Assembly (NCBI GenBank): GCA_964016885.1
Contig: OZ024742.1
Location: forward strand, 359,786,001-359,850,000
DNA: 64,000 bases
Source of the DNA: Eledone cirrhosa
Lineage: Eukaryota
Reading direction: 5' to 3'
Numbering within the stretch: position 1 is the stretch's first letter; each line of letters begins with the position of its first letter. Shown in pieces: positions 23,380 to 34,529 of the stretch. The notes beneath the pieces are model-generated. The model was not told the origin of the DNA and did not search any database. It worked only from the letters and a program-made list of their open reading frames with translations. The position numbers were made by a program, and so were the translations under genes.

Positions 23380-23515
23380 AGAATCGACCCCCAGTACTAG
23401 ACTGGTACTTTTTTATCGACCTCGAAAGGATGAAAGACAAGGTTAAGCTCGACAAAATTTGAACTCAGAAAGCAGAAAACCCGGGACGTTCCAATGACTC
23501 TGTCACATTCGCCGC
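23380..23515 (-). mobile_element. Degenerate SINE copy
   Basis: atcgacccccagtactagactggtac...aaggatgaaagacaagg...tttgaactcag. Confidence 0.65.
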
Positions 23516-23737
23516 TTTCAATCTTATGATATACCAGAAGAATTTAATGAATGCACAAAATCCATTGGAAAAATCACCATTTCAGGCGGTTTTACATCAA
23601 AGTTCAAAGATTTAAGACAGCTTCTACTGCTCGAGCCTTTGAAGAAGATCAGCCTAAAGTATATTATCCTTTCGATCTCAGGGTATAATTATATGAATAA
23701 AGTGTTTAACCGTTTAAGCGATGAAACATTATTGTAA

Positions 23738-25606
23738 CTAGCAGAAAAACCACCGTTCGGGTGGTTTTTCTGCTAGTGTGTGTAGTGTGTATATTGATAT
23801 TATACACAAGTATATATACATGTAGATATGATACATGTGTAGTGTGTATATCTATATTATACACAAGTATATATACATGTAGATATGATACATTTGTAGT
23901 GTGTATATTGATATTATACACAAGTATATATACATGTAGATATGATACATGTGTAGTGTGTATATTGATATTATACACAAGTATATATACATGTAGATAT
24001 GATACATGTGTAGTGTGTATATTGATATTATACACAAGTATATATGCATGTAGATATGATACATGTGTAGTGTGTATATTGATATTATACACAAGTATAT
24101 ATGCATGTAGATATGATACATGTGTAGTGTGTATATTTATATTATACACAAGTATATATACATGTAGATATGATACATGTGTAGTGTGTATATTGATATT
24201 ATACACAAGTATATATGCATGTAGATATGATACATGTGTAGTGTGTATATTGATATTATACACAAGTATATATGCATGTAGATATGATACATTTGTAGTG
24301 TGTATATTGATATTATACACAAGTATATATACATGTAGATAGGATACATGTGTAGTGTGTATATTGATATTATACGCAAGTATATGTACATGTAGATATG
24401 ATACATGTGTAGTGTGTATATTGATATTATACACAAGTATATATGCATGTAGATATGATACGTGTGTAGTGTGTATATTGATATTATACACAAGTATATA
24501 TACATGTAGATATGATACATGTGTAGTGTGTATATTGATATTATACGCAGGTATATATACATGTAGATATGATACATGTGTAGTGTGTATATTGATATTA
24601 TACGCAAGTATATGTACATGTAGATATGATACATGTGTAGTGTGTATATTGATATTATACACAAGTATATATGCATGTAGATATGATACGTGTGTAGTGT
24701 GTATATTGATATTATACACAAGTATATATACATGTAGATATGATACATGTGTAGTGTGTATATTGATATTATCCGCAGGTATATATACATGTAGATATGA
24801 TACATGTGTAGTGTGTATATTGATATTATACGCAAGTATATATACATGTAGATATTATACATGTGTAGTGTGTATATTGATATTATACGCAAGTATATGT
24901 ACATGTAGATATGATACATGTGTAGTGTGTATATTGATATTATACACAAGTATATATACATGTAGATATTATATATCTGCTAGCATGTGTAGTGTGTATA
25001 TTGATATTATACACAAGTATATATACATGTAGATATGATACATGTGTAGTGTGTATATTGATATTATACACAAGTATATATACATGTAGATATTATATAT
25101 CTGCTAGCATGCGTAGTGTGTATATTGATATTATACGCAAGTATATATGTATATAGATATGATACATGTGTAGTGTGAATATTGATATTATACGCAGGTA
25201 TATATGCATGTAGATATGATACATCAAATAAAATCGTAATTGACAATATACACAGAAATTGAACGAAGACTGCGTTTCACTCTCTTATGTAATCAATAAC
25301 GTAATCGATGATACATTTTTTAAAAAAAGACGATATTATATATAAACTGTATTAGGAGAAAATTAGTGACGGAAATATATGAATGTTTATTTAAGCGATC
25401 GCTAACCGGAAGTGTTCACATTTGAACATTTTAAAGAAGTGAATCTTAAAATAAGCAACAAAATTATTTATATTTAATCAAGAATAACGAAATTTAGTAG
25501 ATAAATTATGTATTATTTATTCAAAGTAATCCAACTTATTTTACAAACGGGATAAAAAATATATTCTGGACGCAGTCCCGCACTCCTTACTTCATTATAG
25601 TTTAGA
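23738..25606 (-). mobile_element. Non-autonomous Helitron with an internal minisatellite expansion
   Basis: Minus strand starts A|TCTAAACTATAATGAAG and ends with hairpin CTAGCAGAAAAACCACC-cgaac-GGTGGTTTTTCTGCTAG|T (TC...CTAG termini, A|T insertion site); sister copy at 46522-46980. Confidence 0.8.
23779..25224. repeat. 57-bp minisatellite, ~25 tandem copies
   Basis: Unit gtgtagtgtgtatattgatattatacacaagtatatatacatgtagatatgatacat; produces the 19-aa periodicity in the ORF track. Confidence 0.95.
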
Positions 25607-25888
25607 TAAGTGGGAGAAATAGATATGCCTATATTTTTCCAGATTGTGAAAATACTGTTCAAAATACAAATTGATAATTTTGCATTTATTATTCATTTCA
25701 GATACAACTTTTAAATTATTGAGATTGAAATATAAGCTTTGCTTTAACATTTTTAATTTTTGTCAAATAATTGGGCGTATAAACCCTTTGAACGGAAGAT
25801 GATGGGTATCAGTGCTCATGAGAATCGAACCCACACCTCTCGTTTGTAGGATTAGTACGCTACCATTTATATTATTTATAAATCAATA

Positions 25889-26272
25889 AGGGTGGTGGTT
25901 TGGCAGTATCGGTAGAGCGTCAGACACCATGTTTTGCAGCAGAGTTACGGCCCTTTGCGTTCTGAGTTCAAATCCGCCGATGTTAACTTTGCCTTTCATC
26001 CTTACAATGTCGATAAAATAAAGTACCAGTGATGCACTGGGATAATCGCTAACCTTGTGCCAAAAGTAGAAACTAGGGCGGTGGATTGGCAGTATCAGTA
26101 GAGTGTCGGACGTCATGCTTTGTAGCATCGAGTTACGGCCCTTTATGATCTGAGTTCAAATCCCGCCGAGGTTAACTTTGCCTTTCATCCTTACGGGGTC
26201 GATAAAATAAAGTACCAGTAATGGTACTTTATAATTGCTATTTGCTGGCCTTGTGCCAAAAGTAGAAACAAT
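25889..26272 (+). mobile_element. Two tandem tRNA-derived SINE copies (25889-26073, 26075-26272)
   Basis: Each has ggg(t/c)ggtgg.ttggcagtatc...tctgagttcaaatc...ctttgcctttcatcc...ccttgtgccaaaagtagaaac. Confidence 0.85.
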
Positions 26273-26339
26273 TATTTATAAGTCGATATAAATTATAAGA
26301 AAACTGACTGATGGCAAAATATAGAACAACTGTTCTCTG

Positions 26340-26480
26340 TTAAAAGCTTCAGAGCAAACAACGTGTTTAAACAAAGACCACTCGAACTTTTAGCATAGAG
26401 TTGTCCATGTGAGAAGCAAAGCTTTTTTCCAACTGTAATCCAGCCACCTTTAGCGTCTAATTCAGACGTTTATTAATAAT
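26340..26480 (-). mobile_element. Decayed Helitron Pif1-like helicase C-terminal fragment
   Basis: Minus strand encodes LKVAGLQLEK / CFSHGQLY with a frameshift, matching the G(Q)TL..G..L..P.FSHGQLYV motif of Helitron helicases. Confidence 0.55.
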
Positions 26481-26937
26481 TGAAACATCCATTATTAACA
26501 TTTAAGATTTTAAATTTACAAAATCAATTTTCGTTGATAGAAAACACACATTCCTCGTTAAAAAATAATTTCCTTCAATGGCGAAGATGCATTGTTCATT
26601 ATCAATAAATTTATATTTGTTAATTATAAAAATAAATTTCCTTTTATGGAAAGTAATCAAAATGTCGCATAGAATATGGCCATCATTTTTTTTAATATGT
26701 CTCCATGTAAAATTCCAGCTTCTTCGGTGAAATTGAAACATACCAACAGGTAGACATACACACGTATATACATTAAGATGATTAGCTGAATATACTCTTT
26801 ACATACAGCCATTAGTTGCCTCATAGCAAAGCTAATCTAGTAATATCGTATAAAATAAATCGCTAAATGTTATTGCTAAAGGCCTTGGTTTTCACACGAC
26901 ATAAAAATATATAATATAATAATTTCTTTATAATGGA

Positions 26938-27095
26938 ATAGTTTCTAAGTTAGGCAAAAGGCCAACAGTTTGGGGGGAGGGGAAGTCGATTAAATCGACC
27001 CCAGTACGTTACTGGTACTTTATTTTATCGATCCCCGTAAGGATAAAAGGCAAAGCTAACCTCGATGGAATTTGAACTCAGATCGTAAAAGACCA
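26938..27095 (-). mobile_element. SINE copy, followed by a ~32-bp x4 tandem repeat (27095-27222)
   Basis: ggcaaaaggccaacag...tcgaccccagtacgttactggtac...tttgaactcag; then repeated acccaatccacccagccgttacatctacc. Confidence 0.75.
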
Positions 27096-27722
27096 TAATC
27101 CACCCAGCCATTTCATCTACCAGCTACCCAACCCACCCAGCCGTTACATCTATCTAACACCCAATCCACCCAGCCGTGACATCTACCAGCTACCCAATCC
27201 ACCCAGCCGTTACATCTACCACGAAATTCCCCTCCAGAAACTATCTCAGACAATCCAGGAAAACGGAAGAACGCCTTATTTCTTGTTTATGAGATATTCC
27301 AGCAATGTTGACTCAAAGGAGTGTTCTATTCATTCTATTCCTACAATACTTCTCTTTGTCCCACCTTTTACAATTTCAAACTTACTGTCATTAAGTTAAC
27401 AAAGTCACGATAATTTCAGTTTATATTTTTTTATAAACATTTTATTTTATTTCTACAAAGATTTTATGTTTTTCAAAACCATTAAGTCACGCTTTTCTCA
27501 TATATATCTTTCTCGTCGTCTTGTATATATTTTTATATTATTGGTCTGTTTTTTTTTTTGTTTTTTTTGGTTTGTTTCTTGTTTTCATTTCAAAAGAGTC
27601 TAGGATGTTGTTGACGTTGTTTTTCAAAAGCCACCAGCATTCACTCAAACACACACACACACAAACACACACACCAGCATGTACATATGCAAAACTACCT
27701 ACGTATAAATATATATATGTAC

Positions 27723-27810
<88 letters not shown>

Positions 27811-27813
<3 letters not shown>

Positions 27814-27920
27814 CTTTCTTTATTTTCCACAGGGGCGTACAAAAATGGGACATTACAAGACGTGACGGCGGGGGTTTTACATAAAAATAACTTTAACATT
27901 AATAAATAACAATAAACTAT
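27811..27920 (-). mobile_element. Tx1-like LINE fragment T4: extreme 3' end only
   Basis: tatctttctttattttccacaggggcgtacaaaaatgggaca...ggggttttacata aligns with the conserved 3' terminus of the other copies. Confidence 0.6.
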
Positions 27921-27944
27921 ATGTGTAATAGATAGATAGATAGA

Positions 27945-28498
27945 TTTCTTTATTTACCATAAAGGCATAAAAAGAAGGGACAAATACAAAGGGGGAGTTT
28001 ACATACAATCGAGTAAAAAGGGTATAAAATGAAAATAATCGAAAATAACCTCAAAAGGGAGGGGACGTGATGGGGGTTGCACACACCCCCGAAAAAGTGT
28101 GCAATCCTTTGCCCGGGGAGCACATGGAGAAGGTGCTCCCCTCTCCTTTACTTCTTTACCTACAGGATGGTATACAGAGTAGGCCTATTTACACGAGCCA
28201 TTCTCGCCACTATCACCCACCTTTCATAAAACTGCCTGTGGCCAAGCACCTCTCTCTCCATTCTTATCCTTCTTCCGAAGTGATATCAGAAGAAGTAGAC
28301 CAGACTATGGCCAGAGAGGAAGTTGCCTGACCTCAGACCTTTCAATCGTGTCCACCAAACAACCTCTTTCAACATGGCTATTACGCACAGAAAAACCGCC
28401 TTTGCTTCCTTTGTGAAGAGGGGAGGCGGTTTGATTGTCATCACGGACTCGGCGGTCAATTGAATCGGCGCCACCCGCGACAGCAGTCGTTCGGCGTA
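27945..28498 (-). mobile_element. Tx1-like LINE copy T5: 5'-truncated (last ~100 codons + 3' UTR)
   Basis: ERLLSRVAPIQLTAESV...KEVVWWTRLKGLRSG; GATA runs on both sides. Confidence 0.88.
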
Positions 28499-28529
28499 GA
28501 TGTAATAGATAGATAGATAGATAGATAGA

Positions 28530-28770
28530 TATGTTTCTTTTATTTGCCACAAGGGCATCAAAAGTGGGACAAGTACAATGGGGGGAGTTTACAAAACAAG
28601 GCGTCCTCAATAGGGAGGAGGCAATAACAATATATAAAAATAAAATAAAATATAACAAAAAATAGAATTATAACAAAATCCTCAATAGAGGATTTTGTTA
28701 TAAAATATAACAAAAAATAAAATTTATAACAAAATCCTCAATAGAGAGGAGGCGCCTTGGGGGGTCGCAC
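28530..28770 (-). mobile_element. Tx1-like LINE copy T6: 3' UTR fragment of the T2/T8 subfamily
   Basis: Nearly identical to 14041-14225 and 34530-34710; internal fold-back duplication at 28668-28702; GATA runs on both sides. Confidence 0.88.
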
Positions 28771-29022
28771 GATAGATAGATAGATAGATAAATTTCTATT
28801 TATTTGCCACGAGGGCACAAAAGAAGGGGACATTTACACAGTGGGGGAGTTTACATAAATCGAGTAAAGAAAAAAGGAATAACAATAATAATATAACAAT
28901 AAAAAGTCCTCAAAAGGGAGGGGGCGTGTTGGGGATTGCACATACCCCCGAAAAGTGTGCAACTCTTTTCGCGGGGGAAGCCCAAAGAGGAGGCGCTCCC
29001 CCTTTCCTCTTCACTTCTTCAC

Positions 29023-32000
29023 CTACAGAACAATGTAGAGAGAAGGCCCATTTACACGGGCCATTCTCGCTTCTTTCACCCACCTTTCATAAAACTGTCT
29101 GGGACCAAGCACTTCTCTCTCCATCCTGATTCTTCTTCCGAAGTGGTATCGGAAGAAGTAAACCAGGTGATGGCCGGAGAGAAAGTCACCCGACCTCAGA
29201 CCTTTCAGGCGCGTCCACCACACAACCTCTTTCATCATGGCTATTACGCACAGAAAGACCGCCTCTGCTTCATTTCTGAAGGGAGGAGGCGGCTTGATGT
29301 TCACCACAGACTCGGCGGTTAATCGAATCGGCGCCACACGCGACAGCAGTCGTTCGACGTAGCCCCACAGATCGGCAACGCCCGGGCAGTGTACCAGTGC
29401 ATGCGCAACGGTTTCCTCGACGCGCACGCATCTGGGACAGATCTTTTTCGCGGGATCCCTGCCCGGGCGCCCGTGTCTGTAGAGCTTTTCTCGAACGGGC
29501 AGAGCCCCCCGGTAACACTGCCAGGCTAGGGACCTCTGGAAGTTGTCCATGGGTCCCGGGCCGAAAGTTCTACCGAACAGGCTGGCCAGTTCGTCCTCCT
29601 CCATGCCTAGCGACTCTCCAAGGGTGTCGTCGCCCCTGCTAGCCACCAACCCTCTATAGAATGTCGAGGTGGATTCTCCACTGACAGTCGGGTCCGCGTG
29701 CCAGATAGCCGTGAGCGCCTGGGCACACTCGGTGTGCCAGTTGCCCAGTTTTCTCGGTCTTTGCTTCACCCAGGATTGCAGTTCGGTGAGCGAGACGAGC
29801 TGTGGGAAAGCTCGCCTCACAAACGGGGCCCACACCGGCTGACCGTTGAGGAATACCTGTAGATGCCGTAGCCTCAATGCGTGCCTACGCATCAACAGCC
29901 ACGGCATACCCAGCCCTCCTTTCGAAGGGTGCTGGCAGCAGATGGATCTCCTCACCATGGGAGGCCGCTTCTTCCAGAGGAATTGGAAGAGCATGCGTTC
30001 CATGATGGTGAGCTTTTCCTTGGGGCAAGGCACGACGGTCAGGCGGTAGTAGATGACGGACGCTATGTAAGCGTTCGTCACCTCCGCCCGACCTTTCAGT
30101 GATAGTTTGCACTTGGCCCACTTCTGGGTCAGCGCAAACACCCTGCTCGTCACCTCGCCCCAATTCTTCTCCACCTGGAGGTCCGGTCCGAACCAGACCC
30201 CGAGCAGCTTCACCGGGCCCTCCGTCCACCGCCCGACGACACCGTCTAACGGCATCGGTTTGCCCCTCCACGTTCCGAGTTGCAAACCGACACACTTGTC
30301 CTGGTTCAGCTTAGCCCCCGTCAGCCTTTCGTATTCCTCCAGTAGGGTGGCGATCGCCCCGATTTCCGAGGCGTCCGCCACCATTACTGTTACGTCGTCG
30401 GCATAGGCCGAGACCGCTTTGTGCAATCCCGGTTCCAGGGGTATGCCCCGCAGCAACTCCAACTTCCGCAGCAGTGGCTCGAGAGTCAATACGTACAGAA
30501 GGGAGGAGAGGGGGCACCCCTGTCTGATGGATCGGGTGATTTGAAACGGCTCCGAGAGGTAGCCGTTTACTTTAATCCTAGAGTAGATGTTGCCACTGTG
30601 CATGGCAGAAATCCAGCCCCTGAAAACGGGTCCGAAGCCCGCCGCCGCTAGCACCGCATCCAGGTAACCATGGTCGACCCTATCGAACGCCTTAGATTGA
30701 TCCAAGTTGATCAGGGCCCCACCAAAGCCGGGTTCGTAGCCAACCCTCTCTATGATGTATCGCATGAGGTGGAGGTTGTCGTGAATGGACCTGGACGGGA
30801 TAGCGCATGTCTGCGCGTCTCCCACCAAACCACCCACCACAAGCGCCAACCTCTTCGCCAACACCTTGGCCAAAATCTGTAACTCTGCATTCAGCAGAGT
30901 TATGGGCCTAAAGTTACTTAAGTCGTCCCCCTTGCTCTCGTCCTTCCTCACTAGCGTGACCACGCCCTTGGTCACAGAACAGGGAATTCTCCCGTTCTGT
31001 TGCCAGTTGCAATAGACAGCCTCGAGGAGTTCGGAGAACAAGACCGGCATAGCTAAATAAAGTTCGTATGGTAGACCATCGAGACCCGGGGATTTGCGTC
31101 TGCTGCATTGGCTGAGCGCTTCCTCGATTTCAGTGGCTGTGATTGGCCTTTCGCAGCACTCCGCTTCGCCGCTCGAAAGACGCGGTAGACCGTCGAGGTA
31201 TGGACCGAAGTCCACATCCCCGTCCGGCCCCCCGCCACCTCCCAACAGTCGAGCAAAGTGCCTTTGAAAGGTCTCGCACATTCGCTCAGGTTCAAGGATC
31301 ACCCGTCCATCCTGGTCTCGCAAAGACCGAATGGTGGATTTAATCCCACTCTTGGCTTCTGTCACGCGGGCCCAGCTAACAGCTTTGGTCCCCTCGTTTC
31401 CTAAAGCACGTATTTTACTTCGGACAACGCAGCCTTCGTGCTTCGCGTCAAAGAACTGGCTCAATGCCGTTCTCGTCGCTAACACTCTGGCTACGTCTCC
31501 GCTCCTAATCGCCTCTTCTAGTTTATCTGTTAACTCCCTTTCCCTCCTATTTCTATTCGCCGCTAGTTCCTTACTGTAACCTATCGAACTTACTCTAATC
31601 TCTCTCTTTAGAGATATCCACCACCTACTGTTGACGATCGCTCCCGTCAACCGCATCTTAACTAAGCTACTAATCCGGTTTCTGTAATCTTTCTTTGTCG
31701 GTAAGGACAAGTTCATCTTCCAGTAACCGGGACCCTGTCTATGCGTTCTATCAAGGTTGACCACGCAGGTCACTAATTTGTGATCTGAATAGCCAACCAT
31801 GATCAGTTCTGGACAACTAAATACGTCCCTATCCTTACTCCTAGCCAAAAACCTATCTAGGTACGATCTAGATTGTCCACTGCGGTTTGCCCAGGTCCAG
31901 GTTGGCGCAGTTGGACAATCTAGTCGAAATCTATCGACCAGGTCGAATCGATCGAGTAACCCCTTGAGGCTGCTACACCCCCCTCTATCGGGACATGCCC

Positions 32001-32464
32001 CTGCATAGTCCCAACGCGCATCTAGGATTCCATTCCAGTCCCCCACTAAAAGCAGGGAACGCGACGTTCCTAGAAAAGTCTCCAGACGCTGGAAGAAGTC
32101 GGCTCTTTCCGCCCCGAAGGGAGCATAAAGACCGACCAGTCTGAAAGCCCCGCCTTCACCGCCTCCGACGTCCAGCACCAGTAATCGACCCCCCGGGTCC
32201 GAGTGAACAATCTGTACGTCGAGAGTCAGACGTTTATCCAGCAGTACGGCAACTCCCCCCCCCCCCGCCTCCGGGTTGACAGAGAGATGCGTGCATCTCA
32301 AAGTCATCGAAGGCGGGCGCCAGCTGTCTCACGCTGCTGATCCGACTCTCGCAAACAACCATCACATCTATACTTTGTGACCTGAGGTCACTTAGAAGCT
32401 TTGCTTGCTTCCAAGCTGAGCCCAGGCCACGCGCGTTCAAACAGCCAACTCTCAATTGATCTAT
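29023..32464 (-). CDS. LINE ORF2: AP-like endonuclease + reverse transcriptase + C-terminal Zn finger (Tx1/L1 group), ~1146 aa if one G is removed from the G12 run at 32255-32266
   Basis: Motifs GCLNARG, VCESR, VGDWN, SYLDRF, SDHK (APE); GYWKMN; KSPGLDG, NFRPITLLN, LDQSKAFDRVDH, RQGCPLS, YADD (RT); CPRC..ETVAHALVHC. The position of the start ATG reads ATA in this copy. Confidence 0.9.
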
Positions 32465-34299
32465 TTTGGTGTTGAAAGTGAAGAAAGAAAAGCACTTACC
32501 TCTCCGGGTTGCGTAATTTCCATGGCATCAGGTGTGTTGGGTGGAGGGATGTTTTGTGGTGGTGTGGGGGTACACGTGTGTGGTGGGGTTGGGGTATTTG
32601 GAGTTGTGTCAGGGAGAGGGTCGGTTATGGGGAAATCTTTCAAGAGGACGCGATTCAACGGTTTTAAACAGGGGGGGGGGGGGCTCACGTCCCGTCTAAA
32701 TTGTTCTTTTAAGGAACGATAAAGGTCCAGAGGGACCTTTATCATTTTTAAATGGGTGAAGTTCTCTGTTGAGATAAAGTTTGGCCCTTCGGTCTGCACC
32801 ATAGGGTTATTGTTTATTAATTTAACCAGTTTTTTGTTTTCTTTATTTATATATGTGTATTGCAACGTCTTTTTTTGTGATGCTGTCAATGTTTCGGAGA
32901 GGGGAGGCGCAGATTTATTTTTGTTTGTTGAGGGTGGGGTGTTTTTGATTGGAGTTGGTGTTTGTGTGTGGGTTATTTGTGGTGTGCTGGGTGTGTGTTT
33001 TCTTTTTTTTCTTTTAACTTGTCTGAAGGCTTCTCCTCCTTCTTCTTCAGAAGTTGGGGGAAACTCTTCAGCGCTAGGTGGGAGGGACGTGTTGTGTGGT
33101 TGTTTTTTTTTTGCGGGAGGGGTAGATTTGTTACTGTTTTTTTTATTATTTGTTTGGAATGGGTTTTGTGGTGGTGGTGGTAATGTTTGTGTCGTGCTTG
33201 TGGTTGGTGATGGTGGTGGTGATGTTTGTGTTGTGGTTGGTGGTGGTGATTTTTGTGTCGTGCTTGTGTTTGGTGCTGGTGGTGGTGATGTTTGTGTTGT
33301 GTTTGTGGTTGGTGGTGTCTGTATTTTGTTTGCTGTGTGTGGTATTAGTGTATTTTTGGAGGTGGGTGGTGTTGGTGTACTGTTTGTGGTGGGTGTGGGC
33401 AATAGTCCTTTTTGGGGGATACGTTTCGGGCAGTTAGCCTTAACGTGTCCCCTTTCCATGCATAAATAGCATGCTGGTCTTCTCCCCTCTACAATTATGT
33501 CTATTGGGGTAAGGTCATCCAGCCAGATGCGATCCGGGATTTGTGCTATTCTTTCGGGCCTCATTTGGACTAGTATGTCGAGGCCCATTCCCAGGAACGC
33601 ATCTCCAGTTGCCTTCCCCATTGACAGCATTGTGTCTTCGCCCATATCAATGAAGCCAGCAATAGCCCACCAGAAGTCCATTGTGGGCAGCATTGTTTTT
33701 ACTTTTACTCTCTGTGTTCTTCTACCCATGTAGGAGGGATAGAAGCTATATGTTGTCGACGAGAGTGGGCTTAGGGAAAGCTTCTCCGCCGTTTCTTTGT
33801 CTCTTGTTAGGACCGAAATGCTGCCATAGAGTCGGTCCTTTCGTATGAAGAGAATATTCTTCATATAGTCTTTTAGGACTAACTCTATTTCCATTTGGCT
33901 GGGCTGTGCTGGCTTTCTTGTCTGGTTCAGTATAGTTCTGTAGAGAACTGTGTTTTCTGCTCTGGCTTTCTTGAATTCTGGGGGGGAGTTAATGGAAAAC
34001 ATTCCGTTCTCCCCCAAAACAATGTGTTTCTTTGCTTCGGCCAGTTTTTCTCTGGCGGCAGTTAGGTCAATTGGTGTGTATGTAATGGATTGTTTTGTTT
34101 TCTGGGCGAAAGTTGCCCTGTCGTTATTTGTATTATTTTCTGTTTGTTTGTTTTCTGTTTGCTCATTTTCCTTAACATTTGTTTTTTCATTTTGTTTGTT
34201 TGTTTCAATGTCTAATTTTGTTGTAATTATTTTTTGTTCTTCAGACTTGGGGGGCGTGGCAGAGCTAATGGCAGACATGTCTGCCATCTTTTCCGCCAT
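32461..34299 (-). CDS. LINE ORF1 (612 aa): nucleic-acid-binding protein with one CCHC zinc knuckle and a Pro/Thr-rich linker
   Basis: Open frame from ATG 34299; CYLCMERGHVKANC knuckle; homologous broken frames in T1, T2 and T8. Confidence 0.9.
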   Translation of the reverse strand: MAEKMADMSAISSATPPKSEEQKIITTKLDIETNKQNEKTNVKENEQTENKQTENNTNNDRATFAQKTKQSITYTPIDLTAAREKLAEAKKHIVLGENGMFSINSPPEFKKARAENTVLYRTILNQTRKPAQPSQMEIELVLKDYMKNILFIRKDRLYGSISVLTRDKETAEKLSLSPLSSTTYSFYPSYMGRRTQRVKVKTMLPTMDFWWAIAGFIDMGEDTMLSMGKATGDAFLGMGLDILVQMRPERIAQIPDRIWLDDLTPIDIIVEGRRPACYLCMERGHVKANCPKRIPQKGLLPTPTTNSTPTPPTSKNTLIPHTANKIQTPPTTNTTQTSPPPAPNTSTTQKSPPPTTTQTSPPPSPTTSTTQTLPPPPQNPFQTNNKKNSNKSTPPAKKKQPHNTSLPPSAEEFPPTSEEEGGEAFRQVKRKKRKHTPSTPQITHTQTPTPIKNTPPSTNKNKSAPPLSETLTASQKKTLQYTYINKENKKLVKLINNNPMVQTEGPNFISTENFTHLKMIKVPLDLYRSLKEQFRRDVSPPPPCLKPLNRVLLKDFPITDPLPDTTPNTPTPPHTCTPTPPQNIPPPNTPDAMEITQPGEVSAFLSSLSTPK

Positions 34300-34529
34300 G
34301 CTGCCAAGAAAGAAATTTTTCGGCAAAAATAGATATTTATTTTACCCCCTAAAAAGGGGGTAAATGCAAAAATGTTTCCCTAAATAACAGGGGTTAGTGT
34401 TCCAAATGTGTTGCACTAAAAAATTTATCCGGTACTTACAATAGTAAGGGTAAATCCTGATGGAATAGCGGAGCCGATGCGAAGCGTGTCTTACTCTATC
34501 AAGATAGATAGATAGATAGATAGATTGAT

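Larger units (their letters stand above)
28791..34501 (-). mobile_element. Tx1-like LINE copy T7: full-length, nearly intact (~5.7 kb)
   Basis: Intact ORF1, ORF2 with a single +1 homopolymer frameshift, distinct 5' UTR, (GATA)n on both sides. Confidence 0.95.

Noticed and set aside
23520-23690. Short open frames on both strands resembling an exon
   Set aside because: No recognisable protein similarity and weak splice sites; cannot be supported.
23779-25224. Possible CRISPR array, or a repeat protein (ORFs 23706-24719, 24137-24961, 24355-25032)
   Set aside because: Units are contiguous with no unique spacers, there are no cas genes and the context is eukaryotic. The ORFs exist only because the 57-bp unit is a multiple of 3 and lacks stops.
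25811-25867. tRNA-like sequence on the minus strand (TGGTAGCG...GGTTCGATTC)
   Set aside because: The 5' acceptor strand is missing and the anticodon stem is poor; at most a SINE head or tRNA pseudogene fragment.
32756-33469. Plus-strand hydrophobic ORFs antisense to LINE ORF1/ORF2 (also 35562-36335, 12262-12711)
   Set aside because: Shadow frames of Pro/Thr/Asn-rich or GC-rich coding sequence; not conserved as intact frames between copies.
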